A stretch of 64,000 nucleotides of DNA from Betaproteobacteria bacterium Ga0077526 (GTDB taxonomy: Bacteria; Pseudomonadota; Gammaproteobacteria; Burkholderiales; Ga0077523), in assembly GCA_001464765.1 (NCBI GenBank), contig LNDV01000031.1, positions 62,867 to 126,866 on the forward strand, given 5' to 3'. The notes under the pieces were generated by a model, which did no database searches, had not been told where the DNA came from, and worked only from the letters and a program-made list of their open reading frames with translations. The translations under genes and the position numbers were made by a program. Shown in pieces: positions 30,207 to 38,904 of the stretch; position 1 is the first letter of the stretch, and every line of letters starts with the position of its first letter.

Positions 30207-30302
30207 GACCCGCGCCTCGTGCAAGCGCCGAGGATGCCACAACGGACGGCAGAACCCGCGGGTCGATCACCGCGAGCGAGGGAAGATCCCCAGGAGACCT
30301 CG

Positions 30303-31031
30303 TCAGCCCGTGAGCGTGAGGAGGATGTCTGCGTACCACGCGCAGTTGAGTCCGAGCGACTCGTCCTGGCTGTGATCGCGCGTCAGCATGTCGAGCCGAC
30401 CGGAATGCACGCCGAGGAGCTTCCAGGGGAGATCGGGCGGCAGCGAACCGTCACCGGCCCAGCGCATCACGACCGGCGCGCCGCTGGTGCCGCGATGGGT
30501 GCGCGAGTCGGTGAGGAAGAATCCCTGGCCCTGGAACCGCACGCCGAACGACGACGCAATGACGGCGTTGCGCACCACCGGCAAGTGATGCAGCGTGTCG
30601 TGGAAGCCCAGCGGGAATCCCAGCACCAGCGCGGCACTTCCCACAGGGACCTCCTCGGTCCATCCGTGCAGATGGGCCGGGGTGAATGCACGCAGCAGGA
30701 CGGTCGGGGGCAGCGCGTCGCGTTCGATCTCGATGGCGGCCACGTCGACGTCGCCACCGGAATCACGACCCTGGCGCCAGTCGGCCACCCCGCCCCGGTA
30801 GAGCGGGATCGAGAAACCGGTCGATCGCGTGAGGTCGAAGGCATCCACGTGCAGTTCGATGCTGATCCGGTCGGGGAAATGCCGACTCGCCTCGTCGATC
30901 AGCACGTGCCGGCTGGTGACCAGGAACAGTCGCCCGTCGCGCTCGAAGTAGAACCCGCTCGCGCGGGTCATCAGACGGTTGCCGTCGTACGTGGCGATGG
31001 AGGCGGCAGTGAGGGTCAGCGGGTCGGTCAT
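30303..31031 (-). CDS. Trypsin-like serine protease, no signal peptide
   Basis: Catalytic triad motifs VTSRHV, DVAAI and HRGTSGAPV. Confidence 0.85.
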   Translation of the reverse strand: MTDPLTLTAASIATYDGNRLMTRASGFYFERDGRLFLVTSRHVLIDEASRHFPDRISIELHVDAFDLTRSTGFSIPLYRGGVADWRQGRDSGGDVDVAAIEIERDALPPTVLLRAFTPAHLHGWTEEVPVGSAALVLGFPLGFHDTLHHLPVVRNAVIASSFGVRFQGQGFFLTDSRTHRGTSGAPVVMRWAGDGSLPPDLPWKLLGVHSGRLDMLTRDHSQDESLGLNCAWYADILLTLTG

Positions 31032-31087
31032 GGGGGCAGGCTCCGGAACCGCCTCGGATCGGAGGCGGGTCACAGGGCGGGTACGGT

Positions 31088-32488
31088 TCAGCGAAGCCCC
31101 AGCATACGCGAAGGGTCCACCCACTCGTCGAATTCCTCGGCCGTGATGGCGTCGACCTTCAGGGCGGCCGCACGCAGCGTCATGTCGTTCGACTGCGCAT
31201 GGCGGGCGATGCGTGCGGCCCGATCATGGCCGATGTGCGGGGTGAGTGCGGTGACGAGCATGAGGGATCGGCCGAGCAGTTCGGCGGCGCGTTCCACATT
31301 CACGGCGATGCCTTCCACGCAGTGGGCCGCGAAGCTGTTCATCGCGCCCGACAGCAGGATCAGGCTGTCCAGAACATCGTGGGCGATGAGCGGACGATAG
31401 ACGTTCAGCTCGAACTGCCCCTGGCTCGCGGCGATGCCGATCGCCACGTCGTGCCCCATGACCTGTGCGCACACCATCGTGATCGCTTCGACCTGCGTCG
31501 GGTTGACCTTTCCCGGCATGATCGAGCTGCCCGGTTCGTTCGCCGGCAGCCGGATCTCGCCGAGCCCGGCCCGCGGCCCGCTACCCATGAGCCGGATGTC
31601 ACTGGCGATCTTGTTCAGCGCCACGGCGAGTGTCCGGAGGCTGCCGTGCAGTGCCACGAGCGGCTCGTGTCCCGCGAGCGCGGCGAACAGATTGCCTGCC
31701 ACGACGAAGGGTTCGCCCAGCCGCTCGGCGAGCAGGGCCGCCACGTGGCGGCCGAATTCGGGATGGGTGTTGAGCCCGGTGCCGACCGCGGTGCCCCCGA
31801 TCGCCAGCGCCCGCACCGCAGGCAGGGCGCGGCGCACCGCATCCTCGGCGATCGAGAGCTGGGCGTCGTAGGCCCCGAACTCCTGACCGAAGGTGATGGG
31901 CACCGCATCCTGCAGGTGCGTTCGGCCGACCTTCGGCACCTTGGCATACGTGTTCGCCTTGGCTTGCAGCGCCGCCCGAAGCCGGGCGAGCGACACGAGC
32001 ATGGGCTTCACCTCCTGCAGCGCGGCAACGTGCATGGCTGTGGGAAACACGTCGTTCGACGACTGCCCGAGATTGACGTCGTCGTTCGGATGGATCACGC
32101 GGAGCGCGCCCACGCCGCCGCCGAGCGCGAGGGACGCGACGTTCGCGATCACCTCGTTCACGTTCATGTGGGTCTGTGTCCCCGAGCCGGTCTGCCACAC
32201 CGAGAGGGGAAACTGCGCATCCAGCTCGCCGGTTGCGATCCGGGTCGCGGCTGCGGAGATCGCTCCGGCCTTGCGCGCACTCAGCAGACCGAGATCGCGG
32301 TTGACTTCGGCCGCGGCAGACTTGATCCAGCCCAGCGCATGCACGATCTCCATCGGCATGCGCTGCCAGCCGATGGCGAACAAGCGCCGGCTGCGCTCCG
32401 TCTGCGCGCCCCACAGACAGTCCATCTCCACACATACCTCGCCGAGACTGTCGGTCTCGGGGCGCATCGCGATCATGGGCGTATCCAC
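31088..32488 (-). CDS. fumC: Class II fumarate hydratase
   Basis: WQTGSGTQT, QSSNDVFPT, GRTHLQDA and GSSIMPGKVNP motifs. Confidence 0.93.
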   Translation of the reverse strand: MDTPMIAMRPETDSLGEVCVEMDCLWGAQTERSRRLFAIGWQRMPMEIVHALGWIKSAAAEVNRDLGLLSARKAGAISAAATRIATGELDAQFPLSVWQTGSGTQTHMNVNEVIANVASLALGGGVGALRVIHPNDDVNLGQSSNDVFPTAMHVAALQEVKPMLVSLARLRAALQAKANTYAKVPKVGRTHLQDAVPITFGQEFGAYDAQLSIAEDAVRRALPAVRALAIGGTAVGTGLNTHPEFGRHVAALLAERLGEPFVVAGNLFAALAGHEPLVALHGSLRTLAVALNKIASDIRLMGSGPRAGLGEIRLPANEPGSSIMPGKVNPTQVEAITMVCAQVMGHDVAIGIAASQGQFELNVYRPLIAHDVLDSLILLSGAMNSFAAHCVEGIAVNVERAAELLGRSLMLVTALTPHIGHDRAARIARHAQSNDMTLRAAALKVDAITAEEFDEWVDPSRMLGLR

Positions 32489-32521
32489 GGGTTGCGCCGG
32501 AATGGTGCCGGTTGTCCGATG

Positions 32522-32950
32522 TCAGGCCGGGGGCGCGTCAACACGCCCTTGCATGCGGTTGGCGTAGTCGAGGGCGTCGGCCAGATGGTCATAGCGGAAC
32601 TCACCGAGGAAGTAGACGCCCTTGCTGTAGGTGATGCCCAGCCGCGCCATCAGCGCGAGATCTGCTTCGTCCGGCGGCATCACATGGAGGTTCTGGCGAT
32701 TCGGACCGCCTGCGTCAACCTGCTTCGGTCTGGACTTCATCAGCTCGGCGTAGGCGATGGCGTCCGGCAGCCGGTCGTAGCGGTAGCCGTTGAAGAAGTA
32801 GTGATTGCCGTCAGAGGCGATCCGCAACTCCGCCATCTGTTGCATGTGCTCGAACTCCTCGCGCGAGGGCCCTCCGATGGCGGCGGCCGGGTCGTCGGTG
32901 GAAGCAGCGGACAGAGCGGTGCCGGCAGTGCTGTAATCGGATTGCGTCAT
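32522..32950 (-). CDS. Hypothetical protein with two ~30-aa internal repeats
   Basis: MAELRIASDGNHYFFNGYRYDRLPDAIAYA versus MARLGITYSKGVYFLGEFRYDHLADALDYA. Confidence 0.8.
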   Translation of the reverse strand: MTQSDYSTAGTALSAASTDDPAAAIGGPSREEFEHMQQMAELRIASDGNHYFFNGYRYDRLPDAIAYAELMKSRPKQVDAGGPNRQNLHVMPPDEADLALMARLGITYSKGVYFLGEFRYDHLADALDYANRMQGRVDAPPA

Positions 32951-33005
32951 GGCGATTCCCGAGGTCTTGCGAAGCCTTCATCGTGCCCGCACGCATGCAG
33001 GCGGT

Positions 33006-33023
33006 CTGTGCGCAGGCGAACAG
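33006..33023. promoter_or_regulatory. Palindromic operator candidate 1 (TGTNCG-N4-CGNACA)
   Basis: CTGTGCG-CAGG-CGAACAG in the divergent intergenic region. Confidence 0.55.
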
Positions 33024-33080
33024 TGTCCCTTTCCATGCATGGATTCGCGTTCCGCATCGTGACGTTCGATTTGCACAGTT

Positions 33081-33098
33081 ACGTACGAAGGCGCACAG
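33081..33098. promoter_or_regulatory. Palindromic operator candidate 2
   Basis: ACGTACG-AAGG-CGCACAG, upstream of the GGDEF gene. Confidence 0.5.
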
Positions 33099-33205
33099 AA
33101 CCGGACCCGTCCCCGGCGCAGCATGGCGGTCGAATATCCGAGTTCCCATCCGCGCCTATCGAGGAGCCTCACCATGTCCACTTCGCCACTGCCACAGGAG
33201 CCGTC

Positions 33206-33925
33206 ATGACCATCGGCCCGATTCGGCGAACTGTCCGCGGCGCTATCGCGACCCATGGTGCGCGGCCCGTCACACCCAACGCCAGCCGTGCAGGGACCGC
33301 ACACCCCGACGCCTACGTCGGCGAGGTGTTGCGCCTTCGCTGCGCACTGGATCGCACCCGCCGCGAACTGACGGCCACCCGTTCCGCCCTCGCCGACGCG
33401 AGACGGATGGCCACCTGCGACGACCTCACGGGACTGCCGAATCGTCACGGGTTCGTCACCGTGACGGAGCACACCATGGCCGAGCACCGGGCCGGCAGCG
33501 CCGTGTTCGCACTGCTGTTCGTGGACCTCGACGGCTTCAAGGCCATCAACGACCGCCTCGGCCATGCGGTGGGCGACACTCTCCTGCGGGTCGTCGGTTC
33601 GCGGCTTTCCAATGCCGTCCGCCGCGGTGACGTCGTCTGCCGGCACGGGGGTGACGAATTCGTCTGTCTGCTGCCCCATGTGCACGATGCGGACAAGGCA
33701 CGGGCAGTCGCCCGTGCTCTGGAGCGCACCGTTTCGGCGCCCTGCCGGATCGGCCCGCATCTCGTGACGGTGACGGCGAGCATCGGGATTGCACTCTATC
33801 CGCAGGACGGGACGACGCTGGAGGCGCTGCTGCAGCGCGCCGACTCCGCAATGTATGCCGCCAAGTCGCTGGGTCTCGGCGTGGTCATGGCGGCGTCGAA
33901 CGATTCCTTCGGTTGCGAATCGTGA
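33206..33925 (+). CDS. Diguanylate cyclase (coiled coil + GGDEF)
   Basis: DDLTGLPNR, DLDGFKAINDRLGHAVGD, and RRGD I-site five residues before GGDEF. Start codon uncertain. Confidence 0.9.
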   Translation: MTIGPIRRTVRGAIATHGARPVTPNASRAGTAHPDAYVGEVLRLRCALDRTRRELTATRSALADARRMATCDDLTGLPNRHGFVTVTEHTMAEHRAGSAVFALLFVDLDGFKAINDRLGHAVGDTLLRVVGSRLSNAVRRGDVVCRHGGDEFVCLLPHVHDADKARAVARALERTVSAPCRIGPHLVTVTASIGIALYPQDGTTLEALLQRADSAMYAAKSLGLGVVMAASNDSFGCES

Positions 33926-34662
33926 CCAGTGACACGTCGCTGCCGGGACGCTTCGCCCGGCTCGCGGCCGGCCGCTCGGAGAACAATCTCATCCGCAAAC
34001 TGCGCCCGCCCGATCGGGAACGGCTGCTCGCGCAGTGCGATTCGGTCCAGCTGGTGCTTTCCGACATCGTCTGCGAGGCGGGCGAACTGACGCGACACGT
34101 CCTGTTCCCGGTGGACGGCTTCGTCTCCCTGGTGACGGAGATGGCGGGCCACTCCGGGGTGGAGGTCGGCATGGTCGGTCGCGAGGGACTCTTCGGCGTG
34201 AACGTCGCTCTGGGGGTGCCCACGTCATCCCTGCGCGCGGTCGTGCAGGGCCCAGGCGCGGCATGGCAACTGGGCAGAGCGTCGTTCCTTCGGGAAGTGA
34301 CGCGCAACGCGCTGCTCGGCAAGCTGCTGAAGCGCTACCAGTACGTGCTGATGACTCAACTGGCGACGGCCGCGGCATGCCAGCGGTTTCATCCCATCGG
34401 TGCGCGGCTCGCGCGATGGCTGCTGATGAGCAGCGACCGGGCCCACGCCGACAGCTTCCGCGTGACCCACGAATTCCTCGCCCTGATGCTGGGCGTGCGC
34501 CGCGTGGGCATCACGGTCGCGGCCGGCAGCCTCCACGCGCACGGACTGATCCGCTACCACCGTGGAGAGGTGTGCGTGCTGGACCGCGAAGGCCTGGAGA
34601 AGCAGGCATGCTCCTGCTACGCAGCCGACCGTGCGGTGTATCAGGCGCAGATCGGAGCATGA
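33922..34662 (+). CDS. Crp/Fnr family transcriptional regulator
   Basis: EVGMVGREG, RLARWLL and THEFLALMLGVRRVGIT HTH; ends ACSCY. GTGA overlap with the GGDEF stop. Confidence 0.9.
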   Translation: MTSDTSLPGRFARLAAGRSENNLIRKLRPPDRERLLAQCDSVQLVLSDIVCEAGELTRHVLFPVDGFVSLVTEMAGHSGVEVGMVGREGLFGVNVALGVPTSSLRAVVQGPGAAWQLGRASFLREVTRNALLGKLLKRYQYVLMTQLATAAACQRFHPIGARLARWLLMSSDRAHADSFRVTHEFLALMLGVRRVGITVAAGSLHAHGLIRYHRGEVCVLDREGLEKQACSCYAADRAVYQAQIGA

Positions 34663-34680
34663 GCGACCGCTGTCCCGGGC

Positions 34681-35400
34681 TCAGACCGCCAGGCGATCCG
34701 GCAACAGGCGTTCGTACTCCTTTCTGACCACCTCATAGCACTCGCAGGTGGTTGCCTCGAGCCCGGCCCGATCCAGCACACGGATGTGCCCGCGCGCATA
34801 GCGGATGAGTCCGCGCTTCTGGAGCTTGAGCGCGGCCTCCGTCACGCCTTCCCGGCGGACACCGAGCATGTTGGCGATCAGTTCCTGCGTCATCACGAGT
34901 TCGTCGCCCTGGAGGCGGTCTAGGCTGAGCAGCAGCCAGCGACACAGTTGCTGTTCCAGCGAGTGGTGACGGTTGCAGACTGCGGTCTGCGCCATCTGCG
35001 TGATCAGGGCCTGGGTGTAGCGGAGCAGCAGATGCATGACTGCCCCGCTGCGATTGAACTCGGTCTTGAGCACACCACTGCGCAACCGGAAACCCTCTCC
35101 GGCGCTTTGGACCACCGCGCGGCTCGGCGTGGACTCGCCCCCCATGAACAGGGAGATGCCCACGACGCCTTCACGCCCGACGACCGCGATCTCGGCGGAG
35201 GACCCGCCCTCGAGCACGTAAAGCAGGGAGACGATGGCGCTGGTGGGGAAGTAGGCGTGATCCATCGCGCGGCCGGACTCGTACAGCACCTGCCCCAGAG
35301 GCAGGGAGACCCATTCGAGTTGCGGTTGCCAGCGCTGCCATTCGTCATCGGGGAGGACAGCAAGCAGGCGGTTCAGCCTGGGATCGGTATCGTGTGCCAT
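34681..35400 (-). CDS. Crp/Fnr family transcriptional regulator (paralogue)
   Basis: EIAVVGREG, AVCNRHH and TQELIANMLGVRREGVT HTH; CECY motif. Confidence 0.92.
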   Translation of the reverse strand: MAHDTDPRLNRLLAVLPDDEWQRWQPQLEWVSLPLGQVLYESGRAMDHAYFPTSAIVSLLYVLEGGSSAEIAVVGREGVVGISLFMGGESTPSRAVVQSAGEGFRLRSGVLKTEFNRSGAVMHLLLRYTQALITQMAQTAVCNRHHSLEQQLCRWLLLSLDRLQGDELVMTQELIANMLGVRREGVTEAALKLQKRGLIRYARGHIRVLDRAGLEATTCECYEVVRKEYERLLPDRLAV

Positions 35401-35449
35401 GCGGACGCTCCATTTCGTACCCGATTGTGCAACCGCCCGGGCTTCGCCG

Positions 35450-35469
35450 TATGTGCACTATCGAACATA
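35450..35469. promoter_or_regulatory. Palindromic operator candidate 3
   Basis: TATGTGCA-CTAT-CGAACATA, 50 bp upstream of the second Crp gene. Confidence 0.55.
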
Positions 35470-35586
35470 GCGCCGGCGGAACTGCCTTCAACGGCAGCCC
35501 GGATGCATAATCGGAGAGCGCGCGAGGCCTTCCGGTATCGCACCGGATGGGCTCGCAGACAAACCGAACCCCTTCCGCCCGTACCC

Positions 35587-36162
35587 ATGCCATTCGCCTT
35601 CTACGACCGGCTCTCACCCGCACGCCGCAGGATCTACGACCGCAGCGATGCGATCGTCGAACTGCCGCTGCCGGCGGGAGAGGATCTGACCCCGCTGGCA
35701 GGCGCCGTCGTCGCTTCACTGGCCGGCGAACGCGAAGGACAGGTGCAGCACGCGTGCGAGCGGCTTCTGGGCGAACTCGCGCGGATCTTCGCCGCGCCGC
35801 CGCTACGTGCGCGCGTCTATGCCGTGCGACCGAATGGCGACTGGGGAGAACTGCACGGGATGTACCTTCCCGCCGACGAGGAAGGCGATGCGAAGGTCGA
35901 GGTATGGATGCGGACCGCGCAGCGGCAGAAGGTCGTGGCGCCGAGGACTTTCCTGCGCACGCTCGTGCATGAGTTCTGCCACCACCTCGACTACGAGCAC
36001 TTCGGGCTCGCCGAGACCTTTCACACCGAGGGCTTTTACAAGCGCGAGTCGCACCTGCTGGCGCAGATCGCAGGGCCCTCGTCCCGCGGCCGCCCGGCCG
36101 AAGATCAGCCTCCCAGTACCCGAACGGGCACGCGGGGCGCCAAGGCACAGAGCAGTTCGTAA
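35587..36162 (+). CDS. Hypothetical HEXXH zincin-like protein
   Basis: LHGMY...EVWM...RTLVHEFCHHLD...FHTEGFY motif set; 3' end overlaps alr by 58 nt. Confidence 0.72.
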   Translation: MPFAFYDRLSPARRRIYDRSDAIVELPLPAGEDLTPLAGAVVASLAGEREGQVQHACERLLGELARIFAAPPLRARVYAVRPNGDWGELHGMYLPADEEGDAKVEVWMRTAQRQKVVAPRTFLRTLVHEFCHHLDYEHFGLAETFHTEGFYKRESHLLAQIAGPSSRGRPAEDQPPSTRTGTRGAKAQSSS

Positions 36163-37178
36163 CCTATGGTTCCTGCCGCGGTCGCCACCTCGTCCACCGG
36201 CACGCCCTCACCCCAAAGGGTGACCGGCGTGCCGACACCGGCATCGGGACAGTTCGAGAGATCGACCATCAGCATGTCCATCGACACACGGCCTGTCGTC
36301 ACGGTACGCACGCCACCCACGACGATCGGTGTGCCCGACGGTGCGTGGCGCGGGTAGCCGTCCGCATACCCGCACGCCACTACCCCAATACGCATGGGAC
36401 GTGCTGCCGTGAAGGCCTGGCCGTAGCCGACGTGGTCACCGGGCTGCACGTCCTGCACCGCGATGAGACGGCTGGTGAGGGTCATGACCGGGGCGAGGCC
36501 GAGGTCCGCCGCGGAGCGGTCCTCGAAGGGCGTTGCGCCATAGAGCACGATGCCCGGCCGCACCCAGTCCCGCCGGGCGGCAGGGAAACGGATCAGCGCC
36601 GCGGAGTTCGCGAGCGACTGCTCGAAAGGGGTGCCCGCGGCCGCACGGTCGAAGCGGCCGATCTGTTCTTCGACGCCGCGGCCGTCGTCCGCGCTGGCGA
36701 AGTGGGTCATCAGCGTGAGCGAGGCGACTGCCGGGTGCGCCCGCAACCGCGCTAGCGCCCCTTCGAATGACCCGGACGTAAAGCCCAGGCGGTTCATGCC
36801 GCTATTGAGCTTGAGATGGGCATGAACGACGGCGCCGGCCGCCAGCGATCCGAGCAGGCCGATCTGCTCTTCGCAGTGGATGACGACGTGCAGGCCCAGA
36901 CGCGCGGCGAGATCGAGTTCCGCTCGGTCGAACGCGCCTTCCAGCAGAAGGATGCGCCGGTCGAACCCCGCCTGCCTCGCGACGACGGCATCCTCGATAT
37001 TGAGCAGCGCGAGACCGTCGGCGTCCGCAAGGACGGGCAGGATGCGCAGGATGCCATGGCCATAGGCATCCGCTTTCACCACGGCGGCCACCCGGCTGCC
37101 GGATGCGAAGGAGCGGATCTGCGCGAGATTGCGGCGCAGGGCGGAGAGGTCGATGCTGGCGAGAATGGGGCGCGTCAT
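36105..37178 (-). CDS. alr: Alanine racemase
   Basis: AVVKADAYGHG (PLP Lys), GMNRLG, GYADGYPR and GRVSMDM motifs. Confidence 0.96.
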   Translation of the reverse strand: MTRPILASIDLSALRRNLAQIRSFASGSRVAAVVKADAYGHGILRILPVLADADGLALLNIEDAVVARQAGFDRRILLLEGAFDRAELDLAARLGLHVVIHCEEQIGLLGSLAAGAVVHAHLKLNSGMNRLGFTSGSFEGALARLRAHPAVASLTLMTHFASADDGRGVEEQIGRFDRAAAGTPFEQSLANSAALIRFPAARRDWVRPGIVLYGATPFEDRSAADLGLAPVMTLTSRLIAVQDVQPGDHVGYGQAFTAARPMRIGVVACGYADGYPRHAPSGTPIVVGGVRTVTTGRVSMDMLMVDLSNCPDAGVGTPVTLWGEGVPVDEVATAAGTIGYELLCALAPRVPVRVLGG

Positions 37179-37538
37179 GAAACCGGGCAGGCGGCCCCGG
37201 CGGCGAGCCGGGTGCAGTGAAAATGCAATAGTACGGCGCGACCGCCGTGTTGCAAAACTACCCGCTGCCAGAACGAAGGCCGGGACGGGGAATCATGGTA
37301 TAAAGCCGCCGCGCCCCCAGACGGTTGCGCATCAATCCGAGGGCATCCCACTCAAGACGACGGCAACGGCCAGACCGACAAGAACTTGCGCCGACCGGCC
37401 CTGTCTCCAGTCCCGCAACCCCGATGTCGCAAGGGTGTCCGGGCGCGGTCGAGCCAGTGCGCAGAACCCGGCAGAGCGCCCTCGCGCAGCCTGCATCACC
37501 ATCCGGCGCACCTTCCCTCGGGCGGCCCACAAAGCCCC

Positions 37539-38777
37539 ATGACTCGCGGCTTCTACACGATCCTTCTCGCGCAGTTCTTCTCGGCCCTTGCCGACAACGC
37601 ATTGCTGTTCGCCGCGATCGCCCTGCTGCGCGAGATGCACGCGCCGGACTGGCAGACGCCTGTGCTGCAGATGTTCTTCGTGTTTTCGTACATCGTGCTG
37701 GCGCCCTTCGTCGGCCCGTTCGCGGACGCGCTGCCCAAGGGCCGAGTCATGTTCGTCGCCAACGCCGTCAAGATCGTGGGCTGCATCGCCATGCTGGCAG
37801 GCTTCCACCCTCTGCTGGCGTACGGCATCGTGGGCGTGGGCGCCGCGATGTACTCGCCGGCCAAGTACGGCATCCTGACCGAACTGCTGCCACCCGAGAA
37901 ACTGGTGCTCGCCAACGGCTGGATGGAAGGCCTCACCGTGGCCTCCATCATTCTGGGCGCCATCATCGGTGGCTTCCTCGTCGGCGACCACTTCTCGGCC
38001 TACGTTCGCGACGAGTTCTCGTTCCTGGCGAGCTTTCCCCACCTCGATTCGGCCCCGGAAGTGGCGATCGTCGTCCTGCTGCTGCTCTACGCCATCGCCG
38101 CCTTCGCGAACACCTACATCCCGAAGCTCGCCATCGATCACAAGCCCGCCCGGCGGGATCCCGTCTTCCTGCTGCAGGACTTCTGGCAGAGCTTCTGGAG
38201 TCTCTGGCGCGACAAGCTGGGCCAGGTGTCGCTCGCCGTGACCACATTGTTCTGGGGGGCGGGTGCCACGCTCCGGCTGATCGTGCTGGTCTGGGCGGAG
38301 AAGTGGCTGGGATTCACGATGCAGCAGGCGACACAGCTGACCGCCGTCGTGGCAGTTGGCATCGCCATCGGCTCCGTCCTGGCGGCCCGATACGTGGCGC
38401 TCGAACGTTCGGTCCGGGTCATTCCGGTCGGGATTGCCATGGGCATTCTCGTGACGGGGATGGTGGTGGTCTATGACTGGCGAGTGGCGCTGGGTATTCT
38501 GGTCGTGGCGGGCGCCATGGGCGGCTTCTTCCTGGTCCCCATGAACGCCCTGCTCCAGCACCGCGGCCATCTTCTGATGGGCGCGGGCCACTCGATCGCC
38601 GTGCAGAACTTCAACGAGAACCTGAGCATCCTGGTGATGCAGGGCTGCTACGCCTGGATGATCGGTGCCTCGTTCTCCTACACGACCATCGTCGTGGTGT
38701 TCGGGCTCTTCATCGCCGGGACCATGAGCTGGATCTACCGGCGCCACGGTCACGACCAGGACGCCGGGGAACTGTAG
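37539..38777 (+). CDS. lplT: Lysophospholipid transporter LplT (MFS)
   Basis: AQFFSALADNALL, YSPAKYGILTE and PMNALLQHRG...SIAVQNFNEN motifs. Confidence 0.92.
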   Translation: MTRGFYTILLAQFFSALADNALLFAAIALLREMHAPDWQTPVLQMFFVFSYIVLAPFVGPFADALPKGRVMFVANAVKIVGCIAMLAGFHPLLAYGIVGVGAAMYSPAKYGILTELLPPEKLVLANGWMEGLTVASIILGAIIGGFLVGDHFSAYVRDEFSFLASFPHLDSAPEVAIVVLLLLYAIAAFANTYIPKLAIDHKPARRDPVFLLQDFWQSFWSLWRDKLGQVSLAVTTLFWGAGATLRLIVLVWAEKWLGFTMQQATQLTAVVAVGIAIGSVLAARYVALERSVRVIPVGIAMGILVTGMVVVYDWRVALGILVVAGAMGGFFLVPMNALLQHRGHLLMGAGHSIAVQNFNENLSILVMQGCYAWMIGASFSYTTIVVVFGLFIAGTMSWIYRRHGHDQDAGEL

Positions 38778-38904
38778 CGCCGCCGGCGCTGCCGCAACCG
38801 CACCGCTCAGAGGGGTGACAGCCGGAAACAGGCAATGGCTAGGAGGCCCGCACCATCACCGCCCGTTTGAGGCCGCCACGCGACCGCGCAAGTTGTGCGG
38901 ACCT

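Noticed and set aside
33062-33078. Fourth copy of the island palindrome (ACGTTCG-ATT-TGCACAG)
   Set aside because: The spacer is one base short and there is an extra mismatch, so I did not count it.
31199-33925. 908-aa GGDEF ORF with a long N-terminal 'sensor'
   Set aside because: The upstream part is antisense to fumC and the repeat protein; only about 240 aa is credible.
38778-38904. Possible structured RNA between lplT and the TPM gene
   Set aside because: Only short, weak hairpins, as expected at this GC content; no recognisable family.
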